From contig NW_021832151.1 of the NCBI RefSeq assembly GCF_006345805.1, forward strand, positions 1 through 31,955: a stretch of DNA of 31,955 bases, in the 5' to 3' direction. Under the pieces are notes generated by a model. That model worked only from the letters and a program-made list of their open reading frames with translations, ran no database searches and was not told the DNA's origin. How positions within the stretch are numbered: position 1 is the stretch's first letter; every line of letters starts with the position of its first letter. The stretch is from Octopus sinensis (Eukaryota). Below, piece after piece: positions 1 to 11,435 of this stretch. The position numbers and the translations under genes are program-made.

Positions 1-115
1 AATATATATATATATAATATATATATAATATATATATATAATATATATATAATATATATATATATAATATATAATATATATATAATATATATATAATATA
101 TATATATCAATATAT

Positions 116-152
<37 letters not shown>
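1..152. repeat. (AT)n / (ATA)-interrupted microsatellite
   Basis: Direct reading of the sequence. Confidence 0.97.
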
Positions 153-153
<1 letters not shown>

Positions 154-162
154 CGGGGGGGG

Positions 163-245
163 GACACAGTGAGGAACGCATGCACCAGATATTCTGGAGC
201 CGCCTTGAGGCTATGGTGGAAGCTAAGGGCAGCTATTTTAAGTAA
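163..245 (+). mobile_element. Tc1/mariner-superfamily transposase C-terminal relic
   Basis: With one 2-nt frameshift it reads DTVRNACTR/FWSRLEAMVEAKGSYFK*, matching the 'AC..F..RLEAV.EA.G.YFE*' C-terminus typical of IS630-Tc1-mariner transposases. Preceded by TA-CGGGGG. Confidence 0.6.
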
Positions 246-319
246 ATTATTATCTCCAAGACGGTGCCTCAGCATGGTCGCAACGACTGAAACAAAAGAT
301 AAAAAAACAAATGAAGACA

Positions 320-1365
320 CAAAGCCTGAAATTTGAGGGAAGGGTGTTTGGTCGATTATGTTGACTGCAGTACTTGACTAGTTCTTTATCCTATCAAAAA
401 ACATGGAACAAGGAAAAGTAATGTTGAACTCAGCAGGTTTCGAACTCAGAAACCGGAAGAAATACTGACTCTTAAACGACCCTGCTGATTCACTGCATTT
501 AATAATGTCTTATATAGATACAAAGTCTCGAATTTAGTGGTGGGAGAGGTTGTATAGTCGATTATATTGATCTACAGTACTTGATTGCTATTTTATTTAT
601 TGATTCAGGAATAATCTTGTTATAAGTACAAGGTTTTTGTACGCTACAAAAATGCTTAGCGGTATTTCGTCTGCCGCTACGTTCTGAGTTCAAATTCCGC
701 CGAGGTCGACTTTGCCTTTCATCCTTTCGGAGTCGATTAAATAAGTACCAGTTACACACTGGGGTCGATATAATCGACTTAATCCGTTTGTCTGTCCTTG
801 TTTATCTTCTCCGTGTTTATCCCCCTGTGGGTAGTAAAGAAATAGGTATTTCGTCCGTCTTTACGTTCTGAGTTCAAATGCCGTCGAGGGTCGACTTTGA
901 GGCCCTGTTCAAAGATTTCGGGTGAATGTCCATGAAGTTGATAGAATAGGTACCAGTCGAGTACTGGGGATGGGGGTAAGTGTAATCGACTTATACCCTC
1001 CCCAAAATTGCTGCCCTTGCGCCAGAATTTGAAAGTAGTGGAAGCATATGGTCTGAAATTGTCTGGCAATGCATAATCGATTAAATCAACTGGTATTGAT
1101 CTTATAGACACCAAAGGATGAAAAAAGAAGTCGAACTCGGCGGAATTTGAACCTCAGAACGTAAATTTGCCGAAAATACCGCTAAGCATTTTTGTCTGAC
1201 GAGTTAACAATTCTGCCAGTACGCCGCCTTTAAATGAAACGATATGATCTAGGAAGTAAATTTGACTTCGGTGAACCCAGGACATAAAAAAAAACAGGAA
1301 TAAATACTGCATACCATTTTTGCCAACGTCCTCATTATTCTGCCAGGCCGCGCCGCCTCATCTTT
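320..1365. mobile_element. Cluster of about 6 fragments of tRNA-derived SINE family B in both orientations; best copy 641-845 (+)
   Basis: Motif gcttagcggtatttcgtc...ttctgagttcaaattccgccgaggtcgactttgcctttcatcc...ggggtcgat..aatcgac recurs here and at 12590, 17187-17828, 19765, 21245, 27855 and 30045. B-box-like GAGTTCAAATTCC. Confidence 0.85.
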
Positions 1366-1549
1366 TGTTGTGCTGTGAAAGTGATAAAATATTTAAAAAA
1401 TGCGAGAACTACAAACATTCTAAGTATAAAACCTTAATGATTATATTTTCATTTATTCGATAAACAAGTAATTAATAACTGTCTGCAGTTTAAAATATTC
1501 ATATTCATAGACCAGAATATAAAAAGTTGTTTTTTTTTATCTTCATATT

Positions 1550-1790
1550 TTTTACTTGTTTCAGTCATTGGATTGCGGCCATGTTGGGGCACCGCTTTGA
1601 AGGGTTTTAGTTGAACAAATCGACATCAGTACTAATTTTAAAGTCTGTGTTTATTCTATCAGAAGCTTTTGGCCGAGCGGCTAATGTTACGGGGCTGTAA
1701 ACTAAACAACATCCGTTGTGAAGCGGCGGTGGTGGCAGACAAGCATAAAGGCACCCACCTCCATATACATGTGTGTGTGTGAGAGAGAGA

Positions 1791-1832
<42 letters not shown>

Positions 1833-2014
1833 GTGTGTGTGTGTACCATGGGCCTTTTTTCAGTTCCCGTCTACTGTCTACCAATTTCACTCATAAGGCT
1901 TTGGTCGGCCCGGAATTATAGTAGAGACATTTGCCCAAAATACCACGCAGTAGGACTGAACCAAAGACCACATGGTTGGGAAGCAAGCTTCTTACCAATG
2001 CGTCGCAGCTAGCC
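1550..2014 (-). mobile_element. tRNA-derived SINE family A with internal (CA)/(CT) microsatellite
   Basis: Homologous along its length to the copy at 3676-4077. Confidence 0.85.
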
Positions 2015-2333
2015 ACTCCGCCGGTTACGACGACGAGTGTTCCTGTCGATCTCATCAACGAGGCAGCCTGCTCGTAAAATTAACGTACAAGTGGCTGGGT
2101 ACCCCAGAAACGCGCGTACCCTTGACGTAGTTGTCAGGGAGATTCAGCGTGACTCGTAATGTAACAATGCTGGCCCTTTGAATTACATGTACAACTCACT
2201 TTTGCCAGTTGAGTGGATTGAAGCAATGGGAAATAACGTGTCTTGCTCAAGGACGCAACGCGCTACCAGAAACCAAACTCACATCCTTTCGACCATGAGC
2301 CGAATACCCCTAACCACTAAGCCACGTGCCTTC
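2015..2333 (-). mobile_element. tRNA-derived CORE-like SINE (head type 1 + tail Y)
   Basis: Minus strand starts ggcacgtggcttagtggttagg (A box). CORE-like ccttgagcaagacac...ccactcaactggcaaaa. 3' half shared with the SINE at 26461-26828. Confidence 0.8.
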
Positions 2334-2344
2334 TGACTTTACCA

Positions 2345-2550
2345 TTTGCTTGTTTCAGTCATTAGACCATGGCCATGCTGGGGCACCGCCTTGGAGAATT
2401 TCTTAGTCAAAAGTCTTTGGTGGTGGTGGTGGGTAAATATTTTTTCCTTTTGCTGAAACGCTGGTGACGGGGACATAAACACACCGACATCGGATGTCAA
2501 ACGGTGGTGGGTGACACACACACACACACACATATATAGCATATATATAT

Positions 2551-2589
<39 letters not shown>

Positions 2590-2737
2590 CACGGCTGTCT
2601 TCTTCAGGTTTCGTCTACCAATTCCACTCACAAGGTCTTGGTCAGTCCGAACTATAGTAGAAGATATTTGCCCAAGATGCCACGCAATGGGATTGAACCC
2701 AGAACCATGTGTTGAAGATACAAACCATGCCTCTGCC
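2345..2737 (-). mobile_element. SINE family A
   Basis: Homologous to 3676-4077; internal (TA)n. Confidence 0.85.
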
Positions 2738-3675
2738 TTTATGTACTTGAAAATATGTTTTTGGTATTATTAAGTAATATTATTATTTTTAAAAATTCTG
2801 TAAAGTGCATCACGCGCAAATCTAGTAAAAAAAAAACCCCAAATTTTTTAAAATTTTATTTAATATATACTTACAATATTTACACACCCACGGGTATATG
2901 TGTGTGACTCTGTGTGTGTATGTGTGTGTGTGTATGTGTGAATGTGTGTGTGTGTGTGTGTGTGTATGTGTGTGTGTATTCCTAGACGGTTCTAATTACT
3001 CTGTACTTTCCATGCCTAGTAGAATATTCTGCATGTACCTTCTCTAAGTTGATAATAATTTAAGCTAAATATACCGATTTTTGTTTACCGAAACTGTACA
3101 GCAATATTAATCGATTCTCTTCCTGTTACAGATGCTATCATTACACTCCAGAGACAGTAGTCAGCCAAGCGCACTCATTGACCTGAGATGTAACGCCTGT
3201 TCACTAACCTAGTATAGGATATATATTTGATAGTTCTTAGATGCACTAAACGCCCCTGACTAATACACAGAATCTAAGCTAATTTTATAGAAATAGACGC
3301 TGTAATTTTAATCATAACAAGATTTTTTTATATTTCGTTTTGTTTTTTTTAGTTTTTTTTTAAAGTTATTTTATGTTATGAGAGTTTTAAGCTGTTCGTA
3401 ATACAAATTTCTAAGAGAGGCACAAGTCCATAAATTTGGGAACGGGAGAAAAATCGATTGGATCGATCCATTTAAACTAGTATTACAGTATCAACGTTTA
3501 ATAGGCTCAGTGCTGATTTCAAGTTTGCTGGCGCCCAGAGCAAATTATATTTCGACTCCTTAGAAATATGTTGTGTGGGTGTGTGTGTGTGTGTACACTC
3601 ACACACATACACACCACACCACACACACACACACACGCACACACACACAACACACACACACACACACACATGCAT

Positions 3676-4077
3676 GAGTGGCTGTGTGGTAAATAGCTTT
3701 CTTACCAACTACATGGTTCAGGGTTCAGTCCCACTACGTGGCATCTTTGGCAAGTGTCTCCTACTATAGCCTCGGGCCGACCAATGCCTTGTGAGTGGAT
3801 TTGGGAGACGGAAACTGAAAGCAGACCGTCGTACATATATGTATATATGTATATATGTATATGTTTGTGTGTTTGTGTTTGTTCCCTCCTTACCATCGCT
3901 TGACAACCGATGCTGGCGTGTTTACGTCCCCGTAACTTAACGGTTCGGCAAAAAAAAGACCAATAGAATAAGTACTAGGCTTACAAAGAATAATTCCTGG
4001 GGTCGATTTGTTCGACTAAAGGCGGTGCTCCAGCATGGCTGCAGTCAAATGACTGAAACAAATAAGAGTAAATGAGT
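3676..4077 (+). mobile_element. SINE family A, near full length
   Basis: A box gtggctgtgtggtaa, B box ggttcagtccc, CORE-like ctttggcaagtgtct, internal (TA)/(TG) tract, 3' end gactgaaacaaataagagtaaatgag. At least 7 homologous copies in the window. Confidence 0.9.
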
Positions 4078-4179
4078 TATCCCCAAAACAATTTCCTTAT
4101 CCTACATATGTGGGAGTAAACTGTTTTTCCTACATAAACATACATACTATACACATATATATATTAATATAAAAATTTA

Positions 4180-4296
4180 CATACATAAATACATACATAC
4201 ATACACACACATATACATACATACATACATACATACATACATACATACATACATACATACATACATACATACATACATACATACATACATACATAC
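4180..4296. repeat. (CATA)n microsatellite
   Basis: Direct reading of the sequence. Confidence 0.95.
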
Positions 4297-4312
4297 GTAT
4301 ATCTTAATTTGC

Positions 4313-4560
4313 ACGAGGGAAAAATAAACTAAATTTAGGAATTAAGTATTTATTACAATTCAAACTCATCTGTTTCAAATCCTTTAATTATAAGGAGGGA
4401 CAGGGAGGGAGAGAGAGAGGGGGTAAGAAAGATACCATATCTACATTACTGGCAATAATATCAGCGCCATTTTTTTTGTTAAAGTTTTTGTAACAAACTG
4501 AGTGAAGGATGGTTGGGTGAGAGAACGTCCGAATGGTGCTGTTAATCTCCAGCAGATATA
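4313..4560 (-). mobile_element. Possible highly degenerate mariner relic
   Basis: cacgagggaaaaataa resembles a TACGAGGG mariner TIR. Minus-strand RTFSHPT and IIASNVD weakly resemble the HPPYSPDL and CIASNGDY motifs. Confidence 0.25.
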
Positions 4561-4894
4561 ACAAATTTTCTCGTAGTAAATTACAAAACATCAACAAAAG
4601 AACTAACACTGAAAAACACATTTTCCTAACTGAAGCATATTTTTTTTCGATTGCTTTTCTGCAAATGTTTTTTTTTTATGGGATTTTTGAATAAGCACTG
4701 CTGAGCAGATATATTAAAGCAAACACGTATGCTGAATTTCATGTGTACTGAAATTAATACTGCATGGATGTTGCGAAACGGTCGTAATCCTATACATACA
4801 TACATGCTTGTACGCATACATACATACATACATACATACATACATACATACATACATACATACATACATACATACATACATACATACATACTAT

Positions 4895-5202
4895 GCATAA
4901 AGATGCACAGTTCTGGGAAATAGCTGCCCAGCGGATGTTAACATTAAGCTGAAGATAGATGAAAAAGAGAACACCTACGCTGAACTATTGGGAAATCTGC
5001 AGTTACTCTATCCAGATTACAAGTTCAGGTTTATACCTGTAATTATTGGGGCTCTGGGGTATGCAATGCACTGCTTAAATACCAATTTTGAGAAATTAGG
5101 CTTCTCAAAACCAGAAAGGAGAAAGGTAATTCGACGACTACAGATGCAATCCATCACTGGAACTGTTAAAATCTGTAAAACTTTCCAGAAGTAATCATTT
5201 TA

Positions 5203-5234
<32 letters not shown>

Positions 5235-5470
5235 TATATATAATATATGAGCATATCTAATATGCAACTATATGCATGAGAATACATACATGAAGCAAAA
5301 CTTACAAATCTGCACATATACACACATACATACATACATACATACATACATACATACATACATGTAAAAATACCCTGTTGTTGATGTTGAAATTCCAATG
5401 AAGGAGCCTTGAATCTAGGTTAGAAACCGGCTCTTTCTCTATTGGCAAGAAATCTTGAAATAAAACTGAA
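4895..5470 (+). mobile_element. 5'-truncated RLE-type (R2/R4/NeSL group) non-LTR retrotransposon: endonuclease C-terminus + 3' UTR
   Basis: PADV/NIKLKIDEKENTYAELLGNLQLLYPDYKFRFIPVIIGALG...GTVKICKTFQK* is the typical RLE C-terminus. Homologous to 9575-9890. Confidence 0.85.
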
Positions 5471-5477
5471 CAATGAC

Positions 5478-5770
<293 letters not shown>

Positions 5771-6376
5771 CAGGTACCGAACGTCTTATCCGGCAAACTT
5801 GGGACCAGAGATGGTCCGGATTTCTGGACACAGGCAAAATATATACCGAAAATATAAAATAAACAACGAATATTAAAGAACAAAGTTATATAACATATAC
5901 AAATTAATACATTTCTAAAGCAGGATCTGTTTCATCTTTATTAAGCCACTAAAAATTCTTAAAACTCTTGAAATATAGAATACTGTACCACGTATAATAT
6001 ATAGAATGAAAAATAAACCAAGAAAAGGAAAAACGTAGTTTTAAGAGATCCGGGTACAAAATAATACACTTTAAAAGCAGAGTATGTTTGACCATTATTG
6101 ATACACTTAAAGTAAAGAACAAATTGTTTAAACACATCGTACAGTATGAAAAATTAACCAACTTCAGTAAAAGAAGGGTCGGTTTACTCAGGACAGGTAC
6201 TCTACAGAAAATGAAAAATAATGTGAGAGGAGGGCGTCCACACAGCAGCAGTCACAGAGAAACTGGTGCCGTGTGACGCATACACCACGGAAATTCAAAG
6301 CTAGCCACTTTCAAAAATAGCCGGATTTGTCGTGAATCCGGATGTCTGGATAACCGGATAAGAAGTTCGGCACCTG
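5771..6376. mobile_element. Non-autonomous Tigger/pogo-like DNA transposon (606 bp)
   Basis: 23-bp TIRs caggtaccgaacgtcttatccgg / ccggataagaagttcggcacctg (21/23 match). TA on the left, TG on the right. Subterminal CCGGAT repeats; cttatccg..aa..cttgggaccaga resembles the Tigger4/MER46 terminus. Confidence 0.8.
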
Positions 6377-6405
6377 TGTATGTGTATATATATAATATGT
6401 GTGTG

Positions 6406-6463
<58 letters not shown>

Positions 6464-6660
6464 CACACACACACTCACATATATATATATATACATTATA
6501 TTGTATGTATATATATATATACGCATATTATGTATATATTATATATATGTAATATATATACGTATATATATACATAAATAATACATATATATATAAAAAT
6601 ATATGCATATATCATATATATACATATATATATATATATATGCATATGTGTGTGTGTGTG

Positions 6661-6691
<31 letters not shown>

Positions 6692-6728
6692 ATATATGCA
6701 TATACATATATATATATATATATACATA
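6377..6728. repeat. (TA)n/(CA)n/(TG)n compound microsatellite
   Basis: Direct reading of the sequence. Confidence 0.95.
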
Positions 6729-6731
6729 AAA

Positions 6732-7071
6732 GGGTAAAGACCCCCTTCGGTCATGAATGACCATGGGATTGCACCTAGAAAGTTACCCTCCTAGACACAA
6801 GTCTGGGCAAGGTTGTTTATGGAAGACCAGCAGTAGCCCATGCATACCATGCCTCCCCTCTCCACGCCACCAGTGTTATCCAAGGGAAAGACAAAGGTCG
6901 ATACAGCTTGGCACCAGTGACGTCGCAACTCATTTCTACAGCTGAGTGAACTGGAGCAACGTGAAATAAAGTGCCTTGCTCAAGAACACAACACGCAGCC
7001 CGGTCCGGGATTCGAGCTCACAACCTCACGATCGTAAGCTCGACGCTCTAACCACTGAGCCATGCGCCTTC
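6732..7071 (-). mobile_element. tRNA-derived SINE family C (head type 1 + tail X), full length
   Basis: Homologous to 24617-24950 and 31368-31683. A box tggctcagtggttagagc, B-box-like ctcgaatccc. Confidence 0.9.
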
Positions 7072-7109
7072 ACATATATTACATATATATACATATTATA
7101 TTATATATA

Positions 7110-7154
<45 letters not shown>

Positions 7155-7160
7155 TATATA

Positions 7161-7195
<35 letters not shown>

Positions 7196-7224
7196 ATAGT
7201 TAGATATTATTAATAAACACAGTT

Positions 7225-7387
7225 TATGTTTTTTGTGCTACTACTATTGTTCACGTGCTGAGAGCATGCACTGTTCGTTATGCCTTGTGGGCAGTGCCTG
7301 ATGATTGTGCTAGGAGACCAGACGTGTTAAAAATATTGCCTGGCATGCTCTTAGCATATGAAACTAATAGCAACACATAAAAACATA
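7225..7387. repeat. Imperfect inverted repeat, 45-bp arms (MITE-like relic)
   Basis: 7225-7269 matches the reverse complement of 7343-7387 at roughly 75-80% identity by eye. Confidence 0.6.
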
Positions 7388-7469
7388 TATTGTGTTTGCA
7401 AAATAATATCTATCTCTCACCAGGTAGAGTTAGAGTGCCATGATTGACCGGTAGGTTCAAAAGCTTTTT

Positions 7470-7625
7470 CTATTCTCTCTCTGTTTATTTCATCGTATTC
7501 CTTTCTCTTGAAGAGCATAGGCTCGAAACGTAAAAGACTTTCTCGAGCGTTAAACTAATATACCTGTTTGTTTTTTATACACCTGTCTTCGTGTTTGTTT
7601 TTCTGTAAATTTCAACTATATATAT
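7470..7625 (+). mobile_element. Penelope-pLTR/retrozyme-like repeat with hammerhead-shaped motif (7501-7536)
   Basis: Homologous to 12330-12585. CTTT-ctcttga-A-GAGC-atag-GCTC-GAA-ACGT-A-AAAG. Confidence 0.6.
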
Positions 7626-7762
7626 ATAAACTGAGTTGGTGAATGCTAAAGTAGTAAACACGATATAGTTAGTCGCCAGGCAGTGTTCAGGTAAATCTGA
7701 AGCTACCTCAGCACTATCTACTTTGGACGAAGGAGTTGAGGTTCCAACTCCATCCTCTACAG

Positions 7763-9034
7763 AAGTATTTTCCAACTTATTTTACCGTAGGCCCACAATA
7801 ACTTTCCAGAAAAATGTATGCCCCACCAGTAGTTGGAAAAAATTAAATTTATTTTTAATATTTTATCACAATTAACTACCGGTGATTCTTTTACAAAAAT
7901 TCTGAGTACAAAAATAAGTACATTATTGACTATGATAGAAAACGTGGATGACTAATGGAAACCTTGTGTCTGGAAACTACTGAAGATTTCCTTGATTCGA
8001 GGAGACAATTTCATTAGCTTTAGCCGTAAATCACCACGTTTTGTAATTTCAAGTCTGTTTCTCTTGGCTAGAAGCAAAATCGCCGACAGTACTAGTGCCA
8101 CACTCAACCAAATGAAACATGGAGAAATGAATGAGAAGTTCCTTTGCTGAAATGGCAGTGTTAGGGTATTTCCTTTCAACTACCTCAAATAGTCACATCT
8201 TGGTACCTTTCATTTTGAACAAATTATTCACTGATTCACCATGTTGCGATTCTTTAGAACTTCAGAGATGTCTACTAGCAATGGTTGAGTTAACTAAAAA
8301 GGAAAAATTCATTTTCTGTAAATCTCTAAATCTGTCATTGAAGTCTTTTATCAGCACTTTCAAAAGTCTGTAGCAGTATTAGTTATCTCATATTGATTCA
8401 ACAAGTAAAATCGACTGAAATTTCTTGTAGAAATGTTAGGCATAATTCTAAAATGTAGTGGAATCCCAAAATCTTTGTTTTTGCATCAACAAGAATTAAT
8501 CCCCCTTGGAGTTTATTGTTCAAGTTGCTTAATTTCTCGGAGATAATCTGCCAAATAACTAAATTATGTTTTGCCGTTTGTTTTCTTATAGAAAATAAAA
8601 GATTTAAATTTCGTTTTTGTAAAATACGAGGCAAGAGATAATTTTCTTTGATATTTGCTCACGCTTGAAACCGTGAATTAGATATCTGTAGATGTTGTAT
8701 CATTTCCGCATCAAAAGTCACGATGAGCTCAAAATAAAACCCCTTTTTCCAAACACATGCTAATTTTTTACAGCACATCACCATACCATTTGTATAAAAT
8801 ACGTAAAAAGATTAATAATTCATTGGCTTCTCATAATTATATATGTTCGAAATCTCCACACAAGGGCATAAGAATAATGCTAAACTGTAGCAAACAGTCT
8901 TCACACAGTTTGCTTGGAGGAAGGGATTGGTTTGGCTAGGCTGAATAAAGGTGTTGTACATTTGCTGTGAAGAAAAGCATTTTCACAATTCCATGTCCCA
9001 CAATTTTCCCAGGCGCCACCGTTGGGAATCACTG
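7763..9034 (-). mobile_element. Internally deleted hAT transposon of the Buster/Charlie (ZBED8/SCAND3-like) group with decayed transposase C-terminal half
   Basis: Minus-strand peptides YLAD..EKLSNLNNKLQG..LVDAKTKI, DFNDRFRDL, KYPN...LVECG and KRNRLEITKRGDLRLKL..L.P.IK...QTQGFH*. TIR CAGTGATTCCCAAC at 9021-9034 and a degenerate partner at 7763-7776 (10/14). Flanks ctcTAcag / gtcTAgga fit the NNNTANNN target consensus. Confidence 0.85.
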
Positions 9035-9483
9035 GTCTAGGACATGTAGCGCTGAGGATGGAAGTCGGTTATAAACGTTTTTCGTCGAGGGAATATGGAA
9101 GCAGGAAACACAGATAATCAAACGAAGGTGTCAGGAGTGTATTGAGATTGAACGTTGTATATACTAATAAATGATTCAGTCAACTATTATATTTACTGTT
9201 GTTTCGGATAACCAATAACTGATGCCATATAAGGTAAGTCATTTGCGACAGTCTTCTGAGAAAGATATCATGATTTTGTACAACGACTCACTCAAAGACA
9301 ATCTAGTTCATACACCTAGACTGTAATTGAACCTCTCATTCAATAATATACACTGCTATGGTACCAGTCATTGTTTATCGTAACAGCTATAAAGACAAGA
9401 ATTTATTACATCATGTTTCTGTGTACGCAACTTCCCTTTTGAATACACACCTTACGCTTACTTCTGTTTACCTGTCTGTTCTA

Positions 9484-9523
<40 letters not shown>

Positions 9524-9574
9524 ATATATAATATATATGCGTGTGTGTATGTGTGTGTGTATGTCTCTTCTATT

Positions 9575-9890
9575 TTTTAATTATTTAAAATCTTCCACTG
9601 AGGAGGGAGCCGGTTTCCAACAAAGATACAAGGCTCCATCTTTGGGATGTAGTTAACACAGACAAATTCACTTTTGGAACTTGTGAAAAGTCTTGCATAG
9701 TTTTACTGTTCCACTCACACATTGCACTTGTAATGTACGAATTAGCCGGTCGATTTCTATTTCTGAAAATCCCAGTTTATCCAGGTTCACCTTTAAGCAT
9801 TTACTAACAAAACCTAATGCTCCATTTATTATTGAATATGAATTCATAGCCTGGATATAGAAGCTGGAGGTTTCGAAGCAGTTTTCCATT
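9575..9890 (-). mobile_element. 5'-truncated RLE-type LINE, divergent subfamily of 4895-5470
   Basis: IINGALGFVSKCLKVNLDKLGFS...GTVKLCKTFHKFQK*, plus a shared 3' UTR motif. Confidence 0.8.
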
Positions 9891-10199
9891 GATATCCTAT
9901 TTTTCTTTGATTTCCGAAGATATTTTTATATCTACAGAGCAGCTTACCTGTATGATGGTACATGCCTTTGCCTCTCTGTCCCAAACATGTCTCTTAAGAT
10001 CACAGTCCGTATTCTATTCCTGGGATGATTACACTGTACAGCTCGATGCAACTCCAAAAACTGGTTCACCAGTCAGCATCATTAGGCTATGGCCAGCACG
10101 ATGGAATAGAAGCTTTATTTACATATTCAAAACGTTTCCTGTAAGCAAATTTAAAATATGTGTGTGCGTATGTGTTTCCATTGATAGATGGTTTGGTGG

Positions 10200-10560
10200 C
10201 CGTCGGATTAGTCGGCCGATATTTGCGGAGGATCGAAGGGGGTCTTCAGCGTGGATTAAATAGTTTGCTACCTAGTGCTGCAAGGCAAGAAAGAAAATTG
10301 ATGTTGAGAAGTCTGAGATATTAGTTGTCTCAAAGAAACCTAGCGTAACTCAACATGTATTATAAAGAGACAGAGAAGTTTAAATGTCTTGAGATCATTC
10401 TCACGAATGATGGAAGGCAAGAAGCTGAATTTGATGCAAGAATTACCAGTGTTAGTATAATTGTGCGCTGGCCTCAATACTAGATCATCAGAGAAAAGGG
10501 TTGCATGAAAAACCAAACATGCAAACAACCGAAATGAAATTTCAGTTAGTGAGTGAATTT
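10200..10560 (+). mobile_element. Degenerate RTE-clade reverse transcriptase fragment
   Basis: Broken frames give IFAED..LQRGLN, KSEILVVS, EKFKCLEIILTNDGRQEAEFDARI and QTTEMKF, matching RTE RT/thumb motifs (FADD, EKFKYLG..TSDGRQD.E.D.RI, QA.EM.F). Confidence 0.65.
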
Positions 10561-11261
10561 AATTTTGTTGACCTTCACGTAATGTTGTCTGGTACTATGC
10601 AACAGCATAGTACCAAATTTGGGAACAGTATTAAACTGTAGAACCTACAAGGTATAGGCAGCTGTTGGGGCTAAAATATTTTCTGGCCCTACAGAAAAAG
10701 CCAGTCCTTAGGATGCAGTTCTATCTATAAGCTAAGAATGTGCTTTCGCCAAGAGAGATCCTCAGTGATAGCAAAGTCCAACATTTGGAGCTACTTTGAA
10801 GGCTTTAGCAGTGTGATACTGATATTTAGTGGGGAGTGTGATGCGGTGTGGTAATGTTTTCTCACAGCTCTATGTTAGTTTTATATTCACTATAAATAAA
10901 TTATCGTATTTAATAGCCTAAAAGACACACGAACATATTACATGCAACACATTCTCAACAGTAAATATTTAGGAAAAAAAGTCTTTGGTCTATTAAAGTT
11001 GGGAGGCCCAACTTTGCATATAGAACCCGGAGTGTAGAACAGTGTTTCGCGCAGAGGAAAAATAAACAGATATGAGGAAACACTGTTTTCTTGTTTCATA
11101 AAATTTACATTTGGTTTGCAAGATTCTTGATGAGAACTCATGTGCTGAAACATATTTTGTTGTATCGCAGGAGGATCATTATGACAAAAATAAACACAAT
11201 CACTGGTTCTTAATTCCCTAATTTTATTATTAGTCAATTTGTTAGCATTTAACAAATTACC

Positions 11262-11435
11262 TAATCGATTGTCCGACTAATCTATAGGTCCATCAATCAA
11301 TCATCTAGGTTTGTCTGCAAGCAGACATGGAGCAGAGAGTCATATAATTGATGAGGTCGTGAATGGCTACGAAAGGACTTTGACAAATCTAGCTGACTGA
11401 TTGATTGACCGGAAGGTTAACCAAACAATCGCTTA
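11262..11435. repeat. Imperfect inverted repeat, 54-bp arms
   Basis: 11262-11315 versus the reverse complement of 11382-11435: 41/54 ungapped by manual count. Confidence 0.7.

Noticed and set aside
9195-9270. Minus-strand cc-GAAAC-aaca-GTA half hammerhead; also a plus-strand AAG|gtaagt donor at ~9233
   Set aside because: No CUGANGA core at a usable distance, and no convincing acceptor or frame for an exon.
10995-11015. Helitron 3' terminal hairpin
   Set aside because: No CTRR terminus at the expected distance on either strand.
11348-11380. TTGATGAG...GAAA as a hammerhead
   Set aside because: C3 is absent, stem II is poor, and no stem III/UH arrangement can be built in type I or type III topology.
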